This document shows, in pieces, positions 43,523-52,720 of a DNA stretch of 64,000 nt. Position 1 is the stretch's first letter. Every line of letters begins with the position of its first letter. Under the pieces are notes generated by a model, which ran no database searches, was not told the origin of the DNA, and saw only the letters and a list, made by a program, of their open reading frames with translations. The DNA is from an uncultured Gammaproteobacteria bacterium (GTDB lineage Bacteria > Patescibacteriota > Patescibacteriia > UBA9934): contig CAZKGL010000002.1 in NCBI GenBank assembly GCA_964552565.1, positions 365 through 64,364 on the forward strand, in the 5' to 3' direction. The translations under genes and the position numbers were made by a program.

Positions 43523-44437
43523 CTAGTAGTCGCCGACATAGATCGCGGTCAGTGTGTGGCTGTATCCCCCCGACGTAAATCCATTCGCCACGCTCACTTT
43601 TAACGTCACAAAATCGCGCTCCTCGTATGCGTTATTGCTGCGGCTCGCAACTTGCTGCAGCGACGTCGTAATTCCCGTGTCCTGGGTGTCAAACGTCGAC
43701 GACGCAAGCGAGGCATCCGAGGCGCGCGCGCCATACTCGGTTGATCCCGCAGTCACCGTGCCGTCGCTGACGTCCGTGATCGTCGACGGCCCACTAGCGA
43801 GCAAATCTTGGTTTTCAAACAGGTAGACGTTATACCCCTGGCTCACGTCGGCAGTGACCTCCCAGCCGATGACCGCGGTAGAAACCGCGGAGCTGGTAAT
43901 CGTGCCGAAATCAATCGCGTCTCCGGTCAACTCATACACGTAATCGCCCGACCCATCGATAGTCGGCGACCCCCCGTCAAAAAAATCCACGGTAATGACG
44001 GTCGCAGTCACCCCCGTCACCTTGCCGATTGCAGAAACCTGCGATACACCCTCGTCTTGCACGACGAGCACATAGTCTCCGTCGCTGATACCCGTCGTGG
44101 TCGTGACGGTGACGGTCGTCGTCGTCATAGCCGTTACAGCGACCTGTGTCGACCGTTTCTGCGTGAGAACGTCAAAATCCACGATCGGATCATAAATACC
44201 CGCGCGATACCCGTCCGTCACTTGGTATGTGCTCCCCGAGGACGTCCCACCGACCGTGCCAAGGCTGCTTCGGAGTTTATAACTCGCCGATGTCGCCGTA
44301 TCGATCCCACCGACACCGACGGAGTCCCAGAGAATCTGATAGTTCGTCGACGTCATCGCCGCGAACACCGCAGGGATATCAAAAGAAAGTAACGCTAAAA
44401 CTGTCATGGCAATAAGGAAATCCGTACGCCGTGCCAT
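43523..44437 (-). CDS. hypothetical secreted Thr/Ser-rich beta protein (304 aa), first gene of surface-protein operon
   Basis: Signal peptide MARRTDFLIAMTVLALLSFDIPAVFA. Thr-rich stretches. 1-nt gap to the next gene. Confidence 0.55.
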   Translation of the reverse strand: MARRTDFLIAMTVLALLSFDIPAVFAAMTSTNYQILWDSVGVGGIDTATSASYKLRSSLGTVGGTSSGSTYQVTDGYRAGIYDPIVDFDVLTQKRSTQVAVTAMTTTTVTVTTTTGISDGDYVLVVQDEGVSQVSAIGKVTGVTATVITVDFFDGGSPTIDGSGDYVYELTGDAIDFGTITSSAVSTAVIGWEVTADVSQGYNVYLFENQDLLASGPSTITDVSDGTVTAGSTEYGARASDASLASSTFDTQDTGITTSLQQVASRSNNAYEERDFVTLKVSVANGFTSGGYSHTLTAIYVGDY

Positions 44438-44769
44438 ACGACATCCATTTTACCGTCAGCGCTAAGTAAACGAAAGAAAATCGGGTGGATACATGTGGAT
44501 AAAAAAATGGTTCAAAAACCAATCAATCGCTTACCTTCTACATTTTGTCAACTCTAGAGTAGACAAAATATGTATATTATCGACGAGATCCGATCTACTT
44601 TTTGTGGTATGGACACATCATTTGCTCAAATAGTGTGCAACCTACACTAAGATATCCACACATGTTTCATGTGAAACACATGCAAGCATACCTCTTAAAG
44701 ACGCGAAGATTTCGAAAACGTTACACCGAGCCATAACGAAAAAACGACGGGGGTTCCGTCATTTTTTCG

Positions 44770-44845
44770 TGGTGGACCTGAGCGGATTCGAACCGCTGAC
44801 CTCCGCAATGCGAATGCGGCGCTCTACCAACTGAGCCACAGGCCC
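44770..44845 (-). tRNA. tRNA-Ala (anticodon CGC)
   Basis: Reverse complement GGGCCTGTGGCTCAGTTGGTAGAGCGCCGCATTCGCATTGCGGAGGTCAGCGGTTCGAATCCGCTCAGGTCCACCA. G3:U70 alanine identity pair, anticodon loop TT-CGC-AT, encoded CCA. Confidence 0.85.
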
Positions 44846-45161
44846 GTGTGCTCGCTTTCCGACGGATTGCCGTTCGGACTCGCGAATCTGTAAGTGTGCC
44901 GCTCGTCCTCACTTTCATCCGTCGCCGCTCGCGTTCGTCTCGCTTTGCTCGACGACTGGCGCAGGATGAGACAATGTTTCACATGAAACATTATCTAACT
45001 GCCAATTTGCCCATGCAGGTATAGACAAGATTACCCGTACATTCCAGAGCTCAGTAAATGGTCGAGTACAAGGAACGGGATGTTTTTGCCGAGACGTACT
45101 TTGACGTACGTTGAGGCAAAAACAGGGACCCGTGACACAGTAATCGGCCATTTAATGAGCT

Positions 45162-45238
45162 CTGGTGACCTCGGCAGGAGTTGAACCTGCAACCTTGTCC
45201 TTAGGACGGACCTGCTCTATCCAATTGAGCTACGAGGT
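45162..45238 (-). tRNA. tRNA-Arg (anticodon CCU), tentative isotype
   Basis: Reverse complement GACCTCGTAGCTCAATTGGATAGAGCAGGTCCGTCCTAAGGACAAGGTTGCAGGTTCAACTCCTGCCGAGGTCACCA. Perfect 7-bp acceptor, T-loop TTCAACT, loop G-U-CCU-AA. Confidence 0.7.
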
Positions 45239-45353
45239 CGCATGTTCGGCTCATGTGTCGTAAAACACATATCTGCCGGTTGTGCTATACTGAGGTTTCC
45301 GACAACAGAACAAATGCGGTCAAAGTATAGCCTTGGTAATCCCTTTGGTCAAT

Positions 45354-46475
45354 ATGGACATTGAGATCCTCCTGCTCGCGCTCGTGGTCATTCTCGGCGG
45401 AATCGCCATATTTTTTGTCATGCGGACGCAAAACGAACGCACCTCCGCCGTACTCGCGAAGAGTTTGGAGGGCGTCATGGAAAAGCTCCGCCAGGACATG
45501 CTCCTCATGAGCGACCGAGACCGCCAGGAGCTCCAACAGCAACTCGACCGCGTCAATGCGCAGCTCTTTAAAGGAATGAGCCACTCGCAAACGTCCGCAC
45601 AGCAGCAGGCGGAGCAGATGAATCGCATTATCCAAGATGTTACACAGCGACTTGCGACGCTCGACAATACAAACAAACAGGTCCTCGATTTCTCGTCACA
45701 GCTGCAAAACCTCCAGAACATCCTCAAGAACCCGAAACAACGCGGCATCCTCGGGGAATATTATCTCGAGACGTTGCTCAAGAACGTCCTGCCGCCAGGA
45801 AGTTACGAGATGCAGTTCCGTCTGGGCACCGACGAGGAAGGAAAGGAGCTCATCCCGGATGCCGTCGTTCGCGTAAAAGAGAAGATTATCCCCGTGGATT
45901 CCAAATTCTCGCTCGAGAATTACAACCGAATCGTAGACGAAACTGATGCCACCGAGCGCGCGAGACTAGAAAAACTCTTCGTCAACGACCTCAAGAACCG
46001 CATCATGGAAACCGCGAAATACATTAAACCGGAACAGGGGACGATGGACTTCGCGTTTATGTTTATCCCGCACGAAGCGATCTACTACGACCTTCTCGTC
46101 AACAAGATCGGCGCGGTGCAAGAGGAGACCGAAAACCTCATCCAGCGTGCCGCGAGCAAGTACCGCGTCATTATCGTCTCGCCCACGTCATTCCTCGCAT
46201 ATCTGCAGACCGTGTTGCAAGCGCTGCGCGCCCTGAAGATCGAAGAGACCGCGCAGGACATCATCAAGCGCGTCGGCGAGCTGGGAAAACACTTCCAAAA
46301 ATACGCGGAGTATCAAGCAAAGATGGGAAAGAACCTGAGTACGGTCGTCGGCCAGTTCAATGAATCATCAAACGAGCTCCGCAAGTTGAGCAAAGACGTG
46401 CAGCGCATCACCTCGGCGGACGACAGTGGAATGATCGAGGTCGATGAGGTGACAAAACCTCTCCTCACCGAATAG
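45354..46475 (+). CDS. rmuC: DNA recombination protein RmuC
   Basis: N-terminal TM helix, long coiled-coil, C-terminal RmuC nuclease-like domain (FAFMFIPHEAIYYDLL...VSPTSFLAYL). Extended -10 (TGcTATACT) at 45281-45290. Confidence 0.8.
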   Translation: MDIEILLLALVVILGGIAIFFVMRTQNERTSAVLAKSLEGVMEKLRQDMLLMSDRDRQELQQQLDRVNAQLFKGMSHSQTSAQQQAEQMNRIIQDVTQRLATLDNTNKQVLDFSSQLQNLQNILKNPKQRGILGEYYLETLLKNVLPPGSYEMQFRLGTDEEGKELIPDAVVRVKEKIIPVDSKFSLENYNRIVDETDATERARLEKLFVNDLKNRIMETAKYIKPEQGTMDFAFMFIPHEAIYYDLLVNKIGAVQEETENLIQRAASKYRVIIVSPTSFLAYLQTVLQALRALKIEETAQDIIKRVGELGKHFQKYAEYQAKMGKNLSTVVGQFNESSNELRKLSKDVQRITSADDSGMIEVDEVTKPLLTE

Positions 46476-46476
46476 T

Positions 46477-46935
46477 ATGGCCGAACTCCGACGCATCACA
46501 CGCGACATCGTAGGAGGAGTACTCGTCTCACAAGACAACAAAGTGTTTCTTGGACAACATCGCGCAGGAGGCGTGTACCAGGAATGCTGGATTATTCCCG
46601 GCGGAGGAATCGAGGAAGGGGAGTCACAAGAAGATGCGCTCCATCGCGAAATGCTTGAAGAAACTGGCATCGACACTACCGGCTGCCCGATCGAATTCCT
46701 GAATACGGATACTGGCAGTGCAGAAAAAATATTGAAGACGACGGGGGAACGCGTCATCGTCGACATGACGTTTTACGATTTCCGCATCACACTTCCTTTG
46801 ACCGCTGAAAAAATTCCTCCAAGCCCTGACGACGAGCTCGTGCGCTCGCACTGGTATTCCATCGAAGAACTCAAGGGCCTTCGCCTCAGCCCTCCCACAG
46901 AAAAACTCTTCCGCAAAATCGGCTACCTCCCCTAA
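46477..46935 (+). CDS. NUDIX hydrolase
   Basis: Nudix box GGGIEEGESQEDALHREMLEETGI. Confidence 0.8.
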   Translation: MAELRRITRDIVGGVLVSQDNKVFLGQHRAGGVYQECWIIPGGGIEEGESQEDALHREMLEETGIDTTGCPIEFLNTDTGSAEKILKTTGERVIVDMTFYDFRITLPLTAEKIPPSPDDELVRSHWYSIEELKGLRLSPPTEKLFRKIGYLP

Positions 46936-46970
46936 CACAAAACCGGCTCGTGGCCGGTTTTGTGGTTTGC

Positions 46971-47240
46971 TTACTTTTTAAGCGCGGCGTTCAGGCGCGC
47001 GGCGAGGCGCGACTTGGTGCGCGACACGGCGTTCTTCTTGATGACGCCCTTGCCCGCAGCCTTGTCGAGCGCCTGCTCGAGCTTCGGCAGCATCGCCTTC
47101 GCGTCTGCGGCCTTGCCCGCCTCGAGCGCCTTGCGGAACTGACGCTTCATCGAGTCGATGGCGCCTTCGCGAGCGCTGTTGCGGAGTGCGCGGGCTTTTG
47201 CCTGGCGCAGGGCCTTAATGGCGTTTTGGAGATTCGGCAT
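46971..47240 (-). CDS. rpsT: 30S ribosomal protein S20
   Basis: MPNLQNAIKALRQAKARALRN... 89 aa. Confidence 0.9.
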   Translation of the reverse strand: MPNLQNAIKALRQAKARALRNSAREGAIDSMKRQFRKALEAGKAADAKAMLPKLEQALDKAAGKGVIKKNAVSRTKSRLAARLNAALKK

Positions 47241-47255
47241 AGAATGAGGCGAAGT

Positions 47256-48245
47256 CTAGCGGAAAGTGGGGGAGGCGTCAAGCATCTCGGCGGCGAGGCG
47301 GTCGACGGCCAGGGCGGGGTCTATCCCGCCCCGTTTCGCCTCTCGGTCGAACCGCGCGACGAGCCCGTGCAGGCGGACAAGCTGGCGCAACGTAAAGCGT
47401 TTTGCTTGGGTTAGCGACTTTTGGGCGACGTAGGGGTGGAGGCCGAGGCGCTTGGGCAGCGTGCGCTCGGAAGAGGGGTCTTCTGCAAGCGCCGCCTGGA
47501 TTTGCAGGAGGATACGTACCTGGCGGGCGAGCATCGCGAGCAGGTACAGGTCTGCAGACCCCGCGGCGCGCTCCTCGGCAAGGAGCTGCAGCGCCTTCTT
47601 GCCGTCCCGCTGGCTCACCGCATCGACAAACGCAAAAATATTACTCGAACTGCTGCGCGCACTAAGGAGGTTGAGGGTGTCCATCGTGATCAGCCCGCTT
47701 CCTGCATACGAGGCTAACTTATCGAGTTCGTTTGCGAGCCGCCATGTATCGTCCGGGAAGCGTCGTGCGAGCTCCTCAGCAACGTCGATTGCGAGCGTTG
47801 CACCCTTCTTGCGCGCCTCATCGATAAGCCACTTCTTCAGTGCCGCGCCCTCGCGCTTCTCTTCGGCGTACGCATGCACCTCAGCCTGTCCCTGCAATTG
47901 TTTGAACAGCTCATGCTTCTCGACCGTCGCTTTCGGTGCAACATCGACCAACACGACGATACTCGACGACGGCGTGCGCGAGAGGCCTTCGGCCCACTGG
48001 CGCGCGTCATCCTTTTTGAGCCCATCCATGAGCCCGCGAATGACGACCATGCGCTTCTCCGACAGAAATGGCGCGCTCTGCACCGCGGTGAGCACCTCGG
48101 CAAACGGGATCTCCGAGCTGCCCGGGGCAGGGAACTCCACGAAGTTCATGCCGGACGGGTCGAACTTTTCTTGAAAACGGGACGTGAATTCAAAAAGTTT
48201 CTGTTTTGCCCGCACCCCGTCGTCGCCGTAGACGAAAATTAGCAT
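47256..48245 (-). CDS. holA: DNA polymerase III subunit delta
   Basis: AAA+-like clamp-loader delta fold (MLIFVYGDD..., ELDKLASY...), 329 aa, adjacent to rpsT as in many bacteria. Ends with TGA. Confidence 0.75.
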   Translation of the reverse strand: MLIFVYGDDGVRAKQKLFEFTSRFQEKFDPSGMNFVEFPAPGSSEIPFAEVLTAVQSAPFLSEKRMVVIRGLMDGLKKDDARQWAEGLSRTPSSSIVVLVDVAPKATVEKHELFKQLQGQAEVHAYAEEKREGAALKKWLIDEARKKGATLAIDVAEELARRFPDDTWRLANELDKLASYAGSGLITMDTLNLLSARSSSSNIFAFVDAVSQRDGKKALQLLAEERAAGSADLYLLAMLARQVRILLQIQAALAEDPSSERTLPKRLGLHPYVAQKSLTQAKRFTLRQLVRLHGLVARFDREAKRGGIDPALAVDRLAAEMLDASPTFR

Positions 48246-48333
48246 ACCCGAGGTGATGGTATCGGAATCCCGTAAAAATGCGAAGGCCCGCCACCACGAT
48301 GGGGCGGGCCGTCACGAGCGATGCACCGCATCG

Positions 48334-48657
48334 CTACATCCGGCGACGGAAGGTCCAGGCCTGGCGGAACTTGCCGCCCTCGGGCATGAGACCGTCGGAG
48401 ACGATCGTCACCCACCCTCCGAACGCGCGCTGGAGCGCGGCCAGGTAGTCGGCGAGATCGGCCACCTCCTCGATCACGTAGGAGACGCAGACCGTGACCG
48501 GCCAGCCGACGTGGTTTCCGGCGAGCTCATCGAGGATCTCCTGAATGCTGCGGTTGCCGACCTCGCGGTCGCGGTGCGCGTCGGGGATGTTCTCGATGAG
48601 GCGCTCGATGGGGAACGCAGGGGCCTCGGCGCGGGCCGCGGCGGAGGAACGGGTCAT
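48334..48657 (-). CDS. hypothetical protein (107 aa), weak call
   Basis: GC3-biased ORF between holA and polA; no recognisable motifs. Confidence 0.3.
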   Translation of the reverse strand: MTRSSAAARAEAPAFPIERLIENIPDAHRDREVGNRSIQEILDELAGNHVGWPVTVCVSYVIEEVADLADYLAALQRAFGGWVTIVSDGLMPEGGKFRQAWTFRRRM

Positions 48658-48752
48658 GGACGGATTCCGGCTGTTGCCAGGCGGCGGCGAGGGGAGTCTC
48701 GACAGCGCTGGCGAACGTCCGCAACCTTAGCCGAAAAACTCTATTTTGTCAA

Positions 48753-48781
48753 CAAAAAACAGGCCTTTCGGCCTATTTTTC
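48753..48781. terminator. bidirectional intrinsic terminator downstream of polA
   Basis: AAAAAAC-AGGCCTTTCGGCCT-ATTTTT, 11 nt past the polA stop. Confidence 0.7.
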
Positions 48782-48791
48782 GTTGCGCAAA

Positions 48792-51373
48792 CTACTTCAT
48801 TTCTCCCCAACTGCGGTCAATCTCTACCGCCACCGCGAGCGGAACATCGAGATCAACGACCGTGGTCATGAGCTCCTTCAACTTCCGCGCAACCTTCTCC
48901 GCATCCTCTTTTTCAACCTCGAGCACGAGTTCATCGTGGACTTGGAGCACGAGCTTTGCCGGCACCCGCTCCTGCGCAACCCAGTCCCATACCCTGCGCA
49001 TCGCCATCTTAATGATGTCCGCCTGCGTCCCCTGCGCGGGCATGTTAATCGCCATGCGCTCGGCCGCGGCGACGAGCTGCGGCACGCCGGAATTGATGTC
49101 CGGCAAGTACCGACGCCTGCCGAATACCGTCTCGACGTACTCGTTGGCATGCGCGCGGACCTTCATCTCGTCGATATACGCGTGGATACCGGGGTGGACG
49201 GCAAAGTAGCGGTCAATGAACTCCTTCGCTTCATCAAACGTCACGCCAGAGCTACGCGCAAGCGAACGCGGGCCGATGCCGTACAGGATGCCGAAGTTGA
49301 TTGCCTTGGCGGCGTAGCGCTGCTCCTTCGTCACCTCGTTCTCCGGGATGCCCCACATCTCGGCCGCGGTGCGGCGGTGGATGTCCGCGTCTTCCCTGAA
49401 CGCCTCAATGAACGCCTTGTCCTTCGCGATCGCCGCGGCAAGGCGCAACTCGATCTGCGAGTAGTCGGCGGCAACGAGCACCGAGCCCTTCGGCGCGACA
49501 AACGCCTTGCGAATCTCGCGACCGAGCTCGGAACGGATCGGAATGTTCTGGAGGTTCGGATTCGACGACGACAGGCGGCCGGTCGCCGCGATGCATTGGT
49601 TGAACTGCGCGTGGATACGCCCGTCCTTGCCGACGAGCGTCGGCAACGTGTCGGAGTACGTACTCTTCAGCTTCGCCACCTCACGGTACTCGGAAATGAG
49701 CGGGACGATGGCATGGGCGTCCACGATCTTCTCGAGCTCCTGGGCCGCAGTCGAAAACCCGCTCTTCGTCTTTTTGACGCCTTTCGTCGGCAGCCCGAGG
49801 TCGACGAACAGCACGTCCGCGAGCTGGGAAGGGGAGTTAATGTTGAATTCCTTGCCCGCGAGTGCGTAAATCTTTTTCGTAAGCGCCGTGAGCGTCGTTT
49901 CAAAATCGTGCGAGAGGGACTTCAGCTTCTCGGTATCGACCGCGACGCCGTCCCGCTCCATCGTGAAGAGCACGGGGATGAGCGGCATCTCAATCTCGTC
50001 GGACAGCCTTCGCATGCCGTCCTTTGCGAGACGCGCTTCGAGCGCGTCCGCGAGCGGAAGAATGACGGCAAGCGCGCTTCCCGCGTCACCCTTCACCTCT
50101 TCGCCGAGCACATCCCGGACCATGTCCGCGAACGCGACCTCGCGGTCGCCGGACGATAGGAGGTACGCCGCGACCATCGTGTCGAAATGGGCCTTGCCAA
50201 GCAACGACGTCACGTCGACCCCGGCGCGGTGCAGCGCATGGAGCACGCGTTTTGCGTCATGCGCAACGATGCGCGCCGCGGCGTCGAGGACGCGCACCAC
50301 GCTGCCGAGCGCCTCGGCGTCCGGCTCGTCGAGCACGACCGCGTGCGCGGCGTCGGTGAGTCCGATGCTTGCGATGCCACCGCCAAACAGATCCGTCGGC
50401 TTTTCAACAAGTACGACCCCGACGCGTTCGGCGCGGATGTCGCTGAGAGAGCCGTTTGCCGCCTTCGTCCGCTTCTTCGGCTTCTCCGCCGCCGGCGACG
50501 CGCCCTCGTACTTTTTTAGTAATGTCTTGAACTCAAGATCGCGGAAAATCGGTATGAGCTTCTTGGCGTCCGGCGTCTGCACGGCAGCACCCGCGACCGC
50601 AAATCCGTTCAGGTCGACATCGCGCACGATGGTGACGAGCCGGCACATCTGCTTTGCGACCTCTTCCTTGCCCTCGAGCTTCTTTGCAAACTTCGCCGGC
50701 ACCTCACCACGCGTGAGCGCATCGAACACGCCCTTCACGGAGCCAAAGTTCTGCAACAGCTCGAGTGCAGTCTTCTCGCCGATGCCTGCGACGCCGGGAA
50801 GGTTGTCGGATGCGTCACCGATGAAGGTTTTCAAATCAATAAGCTGGTCGGGGCGCAGCCCATACCGCGCCTCGACCGCCACGGGGTCGTAGAGCGTCGT
50901 CTGCGACAATCCCTTCACGAAAAACACGACGTGCGTTGACTCGTCGACGAGCTGCAATGCATCGAGATCGCCGGTGACGATGAGCGTCTTGAAGCCCTTC
51001 TTTTTGTTATGGCTCGCGATGGTGCCGATGATATCGTCCGCTTCGAAACCTGGAACGGAGAGCGACGGGATGTCGTATGCCGCAAGGATCTCTTGGATGA
51101 TGGGGATCTGGTCGTACAGCTCCTGCGCCTTCTTTTCACGCGTCGCCTTGTACTCCTTGTATTCCTCATGGCGGAACGTCGCGCCCGGCAAGTCCCACGC
51201 AACCGCCATGAAGTCCGGTGCAAACTGCGCGAGCATCTTCTCAACGACCATCGTAAAACCATACGCCGCGTTTACCACGCGGCCGTCTTTGGTGGTCAGG
51301 GGCGGGATGGCGTGCCAGGCACGGTGGAGGAGCGCGTTGCCGTCCAGAATGAGGAACGTCTTCTTTTCTGCCA
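48792..51373 (-). CDS. polA: DNA polymerase I (5'-3' exonuclease plus polymerase domains)
   Basis: 5'-nuclease (GNALLHRAWHA, GDASDNLPGVAGIGEKTA) and polymerase motifs A/B/C (DYSQIELR, RRxAKxxNFGxxYG, QVHDEL). Start at MAEKKTFLIL (ATG 51373); the Arg-rich 5' extension in the listed ORF is spurious. Confidence 0.95.
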
Positions 51374-51514
51374 TAGTTTTCCGCATCATAGCCCAGAAAC
51401 AAAAAAACTCCCATAAAAGGGTTCGACGCCCGACACCACGAGGGATGCCGAGCGTCGAGGCGCCGGGGATCGTCCCAGCGCGGGGCCGTACGTGGTGTCG
51501 AGTTGTGGAGCCGG

Positions 51515-52072
51515 CTACTTGCCGGTCGCGGCGACCTGGACGCGGGTCATGTTGCCGCGGCCGTCGCCGGTGCGCTGGAAGCGCACGCGGGTCGCGGCGT
51601 CCTGCTTGCCGGTGCGGTCGACCGCCGGGAAGGCGTAGACGTTCTCGCCGAAGCCGGTCTCGCCCTTGTCCGTGAGCTCGGTGTTGTCGAGGCCGTAGTA
51701 GACGATCTTGTCGTCCTTCTTGGCCGCCATCACCGGGGTGAGCGGGTCGAGCTCGGCGCGGACGAGCGTCATGTTGTCCTCCTTCGCCATGCCCTCGTCG
51801 TCCTTGAGCACGTCCTCGTTGTTGAGGACGCGGCCGACGAAGTCGTTGATGGAGAGGATCGCGAGGCGCGCCGCGGTCTCGATGGCGATCGAGTCCTTGC
51901 CGGCGTAGAACGCCTGCTGCACGTCGTCGAGCTTGTACTTCACCTTCAGCTTGCCGTCCTGGTCGATGCCGTAGAGCACCCCGACGGTGGTGAAGGAGTC
52001 GTCGGCGTGGGCGAGCGTCCCGAAGTGCGCGCCCTGCTCCTGGAGGAGCTTCCCGAAGGCCTGCGCCTCCAT
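51515..52072 (-). CDS. hypothetical exported protein; coding signal continues upstream to about 52399 in frame with no ATG/GTG/TTG (possible non-canonical start, frameshift or pseudogene)
   Basis: ATG-to-stop ORF MEAQAFGKLLQEQGAHF... Upstream in-frame codons (..QKKRPQALFRSLERIPFASLLALISYQDDNADKLESFDANKK..) keep strong GC3 bias and read like a signal peptide, but begin right after a TGA with no canonical start. Confidence 0.45.
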   Translation of the reverse strand: MEAQAFGKLLQEQGAHFGTLAHADDSFTTVGVLYGIDQDGKLKVKYKLDDVQQAFYAGKDSIAIETAARLAILSINDFVGRVLNNEDVLKDDEGMAKEDNMTLVRAELDPLTPVMAAKKDDKIVYYGLDNTELTDKGETGFGENVYAFPAVDRTGKQDAATRVRFQRTGDGRGNMTRVQVAATGK

Positions 52073-52420
52073 CTCCGCCTTGTCGTCGTCGAGCAGCGTG
52101 TACTCCCCGTCCTGGAAGGTGCCGAGGAAGTACCGGGTGCCGTCGATCTCGCCGAGGGCGATGATCTCGTTGCGCTCGGTGGTCTTGTCCGAGACGGGGA
52201 AGGCGTCGTCGGCCGTCGAGACCGTCGCGGTGCCGTCGTTGTTGACGGACCAGCGCGTGATGGTGTCGGGGCCGATCTTCTTGTTCGCGTCGAAGCTCTC
52301 GAGCTTGTCGGCGTTGTCGTCCTGGTAGGAGATGAGCGCGAGGAGGGACGCGAACGGGATGCGTTCGAGCGAGCGAAATAATGCCTGAGGCCGTTTCTTC
52401 TGTCAAATACTTGCCCAGGG

Positions 52421-52458
52421 TTATTGATAAAACCCTTAGAAAATGCTAGGATATATTG
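52421..52458 (+). promoter_or_regulatory. putative promoter for the tRNA-Arg/tRNA-His pair (TTGATA ... AT-rich -10 region)
   Basis: TTGATA at 52424-52429 followed by gctaggatatatt; tRNA starts at 52471. Confidence 0.35.
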
Positions 52459-52470
52459 TCTGTTTTTGGA

Positions 52471-52547
52471 GCCTCGGTAGCTCAGTTGGATAGAGCAGGG
52501 GACTTCTAAGCCCAAGGTCGATGGTTCGATCCCATCCCGAGGCACCA
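52471..52547 (+). tRNA. tRNA-Arg (anticodon UCU); anticodon stem imperfect
   Basis: GCCTCGG-TA-GCTC-AGTTGGATA-GAGC-A-GGGGA-CTTCTAA-GCCCA-AGGTC-GATGG-TTCGATC-CCATC-CCGAGGC-A-CCA. Loop CU-UCU-AA as in E. coli tRNA-Arg(UCU). Confidence 0.7.
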
Positions 52548-52610
52548 AAAGCAGGCTAGGGGCTTGATTTATCGGGTCTTGGATGCTATTCTTTACCCCG
52601 CAAAACCCAC

Positions 52611-52685
52611 GGCGGCTATAGCTCAATGGTAGAGCACCGGGTTGTGGTCCCGGCTATACGGGTTCGATCCCCGTTAGTCGCCCCA
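52611..52685 (+). tRNA. tRNA-His (anticodon GUG) with G-1 and C73
   Basis: G(-1)+GCGGCTA acceptor, D-arm GCTC/GAGC, anticodon loop TT-GTG-GT, T-arm ACGGG-TTCGATC-CCCGT, discriminator C, encoded CCA. Confidence 0.85.
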
Positions 52686-52687
52686 TG

Positions 52688-52720
52688 AAAAAACCTCCCC
52701 TTGCCGGGAGGCTTTTTCTT
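52688..52720. terminator. bidirectional intrinsic terminator shared by tRNA operon (+) and ndh (-)
   Basis: AAAAAA-CCTCCCCTTGCCGGGAGG-CTTTTTCTTT. Confidence 0.7.

Noticed and set aside
51946-52626. 226-aa minus-strand ORF
   Set aside because: It overlaps two well-folded tRNAs and their promoter. The translation is Ser/Thr/Arg/Pro low-complexity.
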